DNA of 20,000 bases, taken from sequence record SRR2962707_2080. One strand, 5' to 3'. Of this stretch, positions 14,735 through 20,000 are shown one piece after another. The notes below the pieces were generated by a model. It saw only the letters and a program-made list of their open reading frames with translations. It was not told the DNA's origin and ran no database searches. The translations under genes and the position numbers were made by a program. Within the stretch, counting starts at the first letter, position 1, and each line of letters starts with the position of its first letter.

Positions 14735-16966
14735 ATGCAAGAGGCACTTTTAACACCTTACCCCTTCGCCCAAGTCGCTTTGCCTGTGCCAATGCGCACC
14801 TTATTTGACTACAAGATCCCCAAAGCCATGGCTCTGCGCCATCGTCTGATGCCCGGCATGAGAGTAAAGGTTCCTTTTGGCAAAAGTAGCCGCTTAGGCG
14901 TCATTGTTTCTTTCAGTGAGCAAAGCCAATGGGACGAAAACAACATCAAGCCCATTACCTCCTTACAAGATGAGACTGCGGTCATCCCAAATGAGCTCAT
15001 GGCGCTGTGTAAATGGGCGGCTCGCTATTATCACCACCCTATCGGCGACGTGATCTTTCACGCTTTGCCGGTCTTACTGCGCAAAGGGGAAAACGCCGAA
15101 TTTCGTACCGAAAACTGGTGGTTCACCACACCAGAAGGGCAGCAAAAAGACCTTGAGTCTCTGAATAAAGCGCCCCGTCAGCAAGACTTTTTAAAAGCGG
15201 TACAGCAGCACCCTAATGGCATGAGCCAAAATGCCATTTCGTCACTGTCGCTCTCACCCAGCGCAGGCAAAGCCTTAGAAGAGAAAGGTTTATTACGCCG
15301 TGAACAGCGCTCATTTAATAAGGCTGGAGAAAAACACACTCACCAAACCCAAGTACCACCAGTGTTAAACCAAGAGCAACGACTCGCTACCGATCATTTA
15401 CTGGATATGGCATCGTCTTTTGGGGTCGCGTTATTAGATGGTGTCACTGGCAGTGGGAAAACCGAAGTTTTCTTACGGGTAATGGAAAAACTGATCGAAG
15501 ATGGCAAACAAATCTTGGTGATGGTGCCTGAAATTGGCCTGACTCCGCAGACGCTAAAACGCTTTGAAAATCGACTTCATACGGACATTGTGCTCATGCA
15601 TTCACACATGAGCGACCGCGAACGATTGGACGCTTGGTTACTGTCGGCCAGTGGCCACGCTAAAGTGATTATTGGCACGCGCTCTGCGGCCTTTATACCG
15701 GCTCCGAATTTAGGTTTGATCGTCATCGACGAAGAGCACGATGCTTCTTACAAACAACATGAAGGGTTTCGTTATCATGCCCGCGACCTGGCGATTAAAC
15801 GCGCACAAAGCTTAAATATTCCTGTGTTGCTGGCGTCCGCTACGCCCTCTTTTGAAAGTCTCGCCAACGCCCTACAAAAACGCTTTGACTGGCTAAGGCT
15901 GCGTCAACGGGCAGGCAATGCTCAGATTCCCAAAATGGAACGCGTCGACTTACGCGGCCAAACACTGGTTAACGGTTTTAGTCAGCACGCTCTGGAATCC
16001 ATGAAGCAATGCCTTGATCGGCAAGAACAAGTGCTGGTGTTTTTAAACCGCCGTGGCTATGCACCCACGCTAATGTGTCATCAGTGTGGCTGGATCGCCA
16101 GCTGCGATCATTGCGATGTGAATTTAACCGTGCATAAACGCGCCAACAAATTGCACTGTCATCACTGCGACGCTCAAAAAGCACTTTTACATACCTGCCC
16201 AGAATGCCAATCCGATGAGCTGTTTACCGTTGGTGAAGGCACCGAACAAATCGAAACGCAACTGACGGCGCTCTTCAAAGAAGTGCCTATTCTGCGTATC
16301 GACCGCGACAGCACGCAACGAAAATCCGCGATGACACAACTCACGCAGAAAATACACGAGCATAATCAGGCGATTTTAATTGGCACACAAATGCTCGCCA
16401 AAGGGCATCACTTTCCTAATGTCACCTTAGTGATTGTCATGGATGCCGACGCAGGTCTATTCTCGGCTGACTTTCGAGGTATGGAGCGCACCGCCCAGCT
16501 GATCACTCAGGTGGCAGGACGAGCCGGTCGCTCGAAAAAACCTGGCCATGTGTTATTGCAAACCTATCACCCTGATCATGCAGCGATCGAATGCTTGTGT
16601 AATCTTGGTTATGAGCATTTTGCGATCGATGGCTTAGCCGAGCGCAAAGCGCTGTCCTTACCGCCGTTTTTTCATCAGGTGATTGTGCGAGCCGAGTCAG
16701 GAAATGAACAAGAAGCCATGCAATTACTTGCGGCCATGAAGAACGACCTCACGCCCCAGTTCCCAGAAGGTTTATTTTCTGTGGGTCCCTACACAGCGAT
16801 CATTGTTCGTAAGGCGGGGCAACACCGAGCATTGCTCTCTATTAAGTCCGCCAACCGAGCCCCATTGCATCAAATCACCGCGCTGATGACGAATTGGTTG
16901 GAGCAAGCAACACGGCAACATAAAATTCGTTTTGCGATTGACGTAGATCCACTGGAAACTTACTAG
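14735..16966 (+). CDS. priA: Primosomal protein N' (replication restart helicase)
   Basis: Motifs RVKVPFG, GVTGSGKT, VPEIGLTPQ, IIGTRSA, DEEHD, NRRGY, four CxxC zinc ligands (CHQC, CDHC, CHHC, CPEC), GTQMLAKGHHFP, QVAGRAGR, C-terminal IDVDP. Confidence 0.99.
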   Translation: MQEALLTPYPFAQVALPVPMRTLFDYKIPKAMALRHRLMPGMRVKVPFGKSSRLGVIVSFSEQSQWDENNIKPITSLQDETAVIPNELMALCKWAARYYHHPIGDVIFHALPVLLRKGENAEFRTENWWFTTPEGQQKDLESLNKAPRQQDFLKAVQQHPNGMSQNAISSLSLSPSAGKALEEKGLLRREQRSFNKAGEKHTHQTQVPPVLNQEQRLATDHLLDMASSFGVALLDGVTGSGKTEVFLRVMEKLIEDGKQILVMVPEIGLTPQTLKRFENRLHTDIVLMHSHMSDRERLDAWLLSASGHAKVIIGTRSAAFIPAPNLGLIVIDEEHDASYKQHEGFRYHARDLAIKRAQSLNIPVLLASATPSFESLANALQKRFDWLRLRQRAGNAQIPKMERVDLRGQTLVNGFSQHALESMKQCLDRQEQVLVFLNRRGYAPTLMCHQCGWIASCDHCDVNLTVHKRANKLHCHHCDAQKALLHTCPECQSDELFTVGEGTEQIETQLTALFKEVPILRIDRDSTQRKSAMTQLTQKIHEHNQAILIGTQMLAKGHHFPNVTLVIVMDADAGLFSADFRGMERTAQLITQVAGRAGRSKKPGHVLLQTYHPDHAAIECLCNLGYEHFAIDGLAERKALSLPPFFHQVIVRAESGNEQEAMQLLAAMKNDLTPQFPEGLFSVGPYTAIIVRKAGQHRALLSIKSANRAPLHQITALMTNWLEQATRQHKIRFAIDVDPLETY

Positions 16967-17009
16967 CCAAGTCCGCATAATGTGCGCAGTTTCTTAAAAA
17001 GCCAAAAAT

Positions 17010-17633
17010 ATGTTTGATTTTGTACAAATTGCAACCAAAGGAAGTAGCCCTAAGAAAGGCGCAACTCGCCGTTCTCCCGCCCCCGCTAAGCGCAAAACGC
17101 CTTGGTGGTTATGGCTGATCGTTCCCACTATTCTAATTGCTTTTATCTATGGTTTGACGCAATTAAGCCAAGTTAAAACCCCAGCTAAGGCAACCCCGGT
17201 ACGAGTACAGCCGGTAGAACACAAAGCGGCCAACGTCGAAGTCAAAAAAGCGGCACCTAAAAAATCCGACGTCAAAAAGAAAGAGTCGTTTGATTTTTAT
17301 CAGATTTTACAAGACAGTGAAGTCGATACCAGCCACGTTGACGCGTACCAATTCGAACCACGTGGCGAGCAAGATTTTTACTACATGTTACAAGCGGCCT
17401 CATTCCGTAACTCTAAAGACGCGGATCGCATGAGAGCCAAATTGATTCTCGCAGGCATGGTCGACACCAATGTTCGCCAAACCATCAGCACCAAAGATGG
17501 CAAGCCTTGGTACCGTGTTGTGATTGGCCCATTCAATGACCGTTCGAAAATGAACCATATTGAAGACAAGCTGGTTGATATGCGCATTGAGGCTTACTCC
17601 TACAAAGTGAAAAAAGAACTGCAATCTAAGTAA
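17010..17633 (+). CDS. ftsN: FtsN-like cell division protein (TM plus SPOR domain)
   Basis: Basic cytoplasmic N-terminus, TM WWLWLIVPTILIAFIYGL, FDFYQIL segment, SPOR YMLQAASF...WYRVVIGPF. Lies between priA and hslV, as ftsN does. The start codon is uncertain. Confidence 0.75.
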   Translation: MFDFVQIATKGSSPKKGATRRSPAPAKRKTPWWLWLIVPTILIAFIYGLTQLSQVKTPAKATPVRVQPVEHKAANVEVKKAAPKKSDVKKKESFDFYQILQDSEVDTSHVDAYQFEPRGEQDFYYMLQAASFRNSKDADRMRAKLILAGMVDTNVRQTISTKDGKPWYRVVIGPFNDRSKMNHIEDKLVDMRIEAYSYKVKKELQSK

Positions 17634-17678
17634 TCATCGCGCATACAAAGTGAAAGACACTTCTGTATGCGCATTTCG

Positions 17679-17707
17679 CTTGAAAACTCTTCTCACTGCC
17701 CCCACCT
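17679..17707 (+). promoter_or_regulatory. Sigma32 (RpoH) heat-shock promoter of hslVU
   Basis: CTTGAAA (17679-17685), 14 bp spacer, CCCCACCT (17700-17707), against consensus CTTGAAA-N13-15-CCCCATNT. hslVU is a classic RpoH regulon member. Confidence 0.85.
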
Positions 17708-17733
17708 TGTTAGAATCGAATTTGGAGTAGACC

Positions 17734-18300
17734 ATGACAACGATTCTTACAGTACGCAAAGGCAATCAAGTCGTCGTAGGCGGCGATGGACAAGTCTCTT
17801 TAGGCAACACCGTGATGAAAGGCAACGCCCGTAAAGTGCGCCGTCTATACCGTGGTGAAGTGATCGCAGGCTTCGCAGGCGGCACCGCTGATGCATTCAC
17901 CCTTTTCGAACGTTTCGAAGGACAACTCGAAAAACACCAAGGCCATCTGGTTCGAGCGGCAGTCGATCTAGCAAAAGACTGGCGCTCCGATAAAGCGTTG
18001 CGCCGTCTTGAAGCCATGCTCATCGTTGCGAACAAAGAAAGCACACTGATTATTACAGGCACAGGCGACGTGGTAGAACCACAGCATGGTGCATTGGCCA
18101 TCGGTTCTGGCGGTAATTACGCAGAAGCAGCGGCGCGCGCCTTGATCGATAATACGGATCTTACGGCGCGCGACATCGTCGAAAAAAGCCTCAACATTGC
18201 CGCTGATATCTGTGTCTTCACCAATCACAGCTTGACCATCGAAGAAGTCACCATCGACTCACAGCTTGAAGATCAGTCAGCCACGTCCAACAAAGAATAA
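17734..18300 (+). CDS. hslV: ATP-dependent protease peptidase subunit HslV (ClpQ)
   Basis: M-TTI N-terminal Thr nucleophile, [37 protein letters not shown]. Confidence 0.99.
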   Translation: MTTILTVRKGNQVVVGGDGQVSLGNTVMKGNARKVRRLYRGEVIAGFAGGTADAFTLFERFEGQLEKHQGHLVRAAVDLAKDWRSDKALRRLEAMLIVANKESTLIITGTGDVVEPQHGALAIGSGGNYAEAAARALIDNTDLTARDIVEKSLNIAADICVFTNHSLTIEEVTIDSQLEDQSATSNKE

Positions 18301-18315
18301 GCGAGAGAACTCAAC

Positions 18316-19638
18316 ATGAGCAGCATGACCCCAAGAGAGACGGTTAACGCACTAGACAATCATATTATTGGCCAACAAAAAGCCAAACGCGCCGTCGCTA
18401 TCGCCTTGCGTAACCGCTGGCGCCGCATGCAACTTCCTGAAGACATGCGTGCAGAAATCACCCCAAAAAACATCCTAATGATAGGCCCAACTGGGGTGGG
18501 TAAAACTGAAATCGCCCGTCGTTTGGCAAAACTATCCAACGCGCCTTTCATCAAGATCGAAGCCACTAAATTTACCGAAGTCGGTTACGTTGGTCGTGAT
18601 GTAGAATCGATTATTCGCGACCTAGTCGAAATGGCAATCAAGATGCTACGCGAGCAAGAAACCGCCAAACTTCGCCATAAAGCAGAAGACGCGGCAGAAG
18701 ATCGTATCTTGGACATTCTACTTCCGCCTGCACGCGGTGGTGATCCAGAATTAGAAGACAACAGCACGCGCCAAACTTTCCGCAAAAAACTGCGCGAAGG
18801 CAAACTGGACGACAAAGACATTGAAATTGACCTAGCCGATGCGCCGATGGGCGTTGAGATTATGACGCCACCTGGCATGGAAGAAATGACCAGCCAGTTG
18901 CAAAACATTTTCTCTAGCATGGGCTCACAAAAAACCAAAAAACGTAAACTGAAAGTCAAAGAAGCGCTGCGTCAGGTTAGAGACGAAGAAGCCTCTAAAT
19001 TGGTTAACGAAGATGAGCTAAAAGCCCGTGCCGTTGAAGCGGTTGAGCAAAACGGCATAGTGTTTCTAGACGAGATCGATAAAGTAGCGAAAAGCTCAGA
19101 ACGCTCCGGCGGCGAAGTGTCTCGTGAAGGCGTACAGCGCGACTTGCTTCCATTGGTCGAAGGCTGCACTGTCAGCACCAAATACGGCATGATCAAAACG
19201 GACCATATCTTGTTTATCGCCTCTGGTGCCTTCCACCTTTCTAAGCCATCGGATTTGATCCCTGAGCTGCAAGGTCGTTTGCCTATTCGCGTTGAATTGG
19301 ATGCTCTAACCGTGAATGATTTCGAGCGTATCTTGGTCGAACCAAGTGCCTCTTTGACACAACAGTACATTGCGTTGGCATCGACGGAAAACATCAATAT
19401 CAACTTCACCACAGAAGGTATTCACCGCATCGCGGAGATTGCTTTCCAAGTGAATGAGCGCACAGAAAACATCGGTGCTCGCCGTCTGCATACGGTATTG
19501 GAACGTTTGCTGGAAGAAGTCTCTTACTCCGCGAGTGACATGCCGGATGGTCAAGCCGTCGACATCACCGCCGCGTACGTGGATGAGCAGCTGGGTGCCA
19601 TCGTCGAAAACGAAGACCTAAGCCAATACATTCTTTAA
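18316..19638 (+). CDS. hslU: ATP-dependent protease ATPase subunit HslU (ClpY)
   Basis: Motifs [60 protein letters not shown]-terminal DLSQYIL. Confidence 0.99.
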   Translation: MSSMTPRETVNALDNHIIGQQKAKRAVAIALRNRWRRMQLPEDMRAEITPKNILMIGPTGVGKTEIARRLAKLSNAPFIKIEATKFTEVGYVGRDVESIIRDLVEMAIKMLREQETAKLRHKAEDAAEDRILDILLPPARGGDPELEDNSTRQTFRKKLREGKLDDKDIEIDLADAPMGVEIMTPPGMEEMTSQLQNIFSSMGSQKTKKRKLKVKEALRQVRDEEASKLVNEDELKARAVEAVEQNGIVFLDEIDKVAKSSERSGGEVSREGVQRDLLPLVEGCTVSTKYGMIKTDHILFIASGAFHLSKPSDLIPELQGRLPIRVELDALTVNDFERILVEPSASLTQQYIALASTENININFTTEGIHRIAEIAFQVNERTENIGARRLHTVLERLLEEVSYSASDMPDGQAVDITAAYVDEQLGAIVENEDLSQYIL

Positions 19639-19662
19639 TCATTACCACTAGGACAGAACATC

Positions 19663-20000
19663 ATGACGCCAGCACCAACCAAGATTCATTACCATAAGCA
19701 ATCTCGTGAATTGGAGCTGGCGTTTGCTGATGGTCAGTCTTTTCGTCTGAGCGCGGAATACCTCCGCGTTCATTCCCCTTCTGCTGAAGTGCGTGGCCAT
19801 GGCTTGCAAATGCCGATCCTGCAATACGGCAAAAAAGACGTCACCATTCAAAATGTCGAAGGCGCTGGCAATTACGCGCTCAAGATCAGCTTCAACGATG
19901 GCCATGATACTGGGCTTTATACCTGGGAATACCTGTATAATCTCGGCAAAAATCAGGATGAACTCTGGAAAATGTACCTAGATCGCCTTGAAAAAGAAGG
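19663..20000 (+). CDS. DUF971 / gamma-butyrobetaine hydroxylase-like N-terminal domain protein; runs off the right edge
   Basis: Absent from the ORF track. Manual translation gives MTPAPTKIHYHKQSRELELAFADG...AEYLRVHSPSAEVRGH...GNYALKISFNDGHDTGLYTWEYL..., open to the window end. SD AGGA at 19650-19653. Confidence 0.9.
   Translation, partial: MTPAPTKIHYHKQSRELELAFADGQSFRLSAEYLRVHSPSAEVRGHGLQMPILQYGKKDVTIQNVEGAGNYALKISFNDGHDTGLYTWEYLYNLGKNQDELWKMYLDRLEKE

Noticed and set aside
17766..19981. Long antisense or off-frame ORFs over hslV, hslU and DUF971 (e.g. 18585-18959, 18972-19412)
   Set aside because: These are typical codon-bias shadows of conserved genes, with no independent motifs.
1..20000. 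CRISPR arrays, tRNA/rRNA genes, IS elements, prophage or integron att sites
   Set aside because: I saw no regularly spaced repeats, cloverleaf or rRNA signatures, transposase or integrase ORFs. The intergenic gaps are short and mostly explained by promoters and terminators.

Overview
Core-chromosome segment of a gammaproteobacterium, roughly mid-40s % GC by eye. Marinomonas/Oceanospirillales is an inference and cannot be shown from the sequence. Gene order: gltB (partial, -), AAA/SPOR DamX-like (-), aroB (-), aroK (-), a compact three-gene pilMNOPQ/hofMNOPQ-derived operon ending in a short secretin (-), mrcA/PBP1a (+), malic enzyme (-), secreted SNase-family nuclease (-), rpmE (-), priA (+), FtsN-like SPOR protein (+), hslV, hslU and a partial DUF971 gene (+). 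This order closely follows the ponA/pilMNOPQ/aroKB/gltB and rpmE/priA/hslVU neighbourhood known from Pseudomonas. I see no mobile element, CRISPR array, tRNA/rRNA or defence island. The most noteworthy points are: (i) the usual five-gene pilM-N-O-P-Q block is reduced to three genes, apparently by PilM+PilN and PilO+PilP fusions; (ii) a perfect intrinsic terminator after rpmE also encodes the signal peptide of the downstream nuclease; (iii) a structured rpmE leader; (iv) a possible 38-aa small ORF and a Fur-box-like site upstream of gltB. All homology calls come from motif recognition by eye, and no database searches were run.
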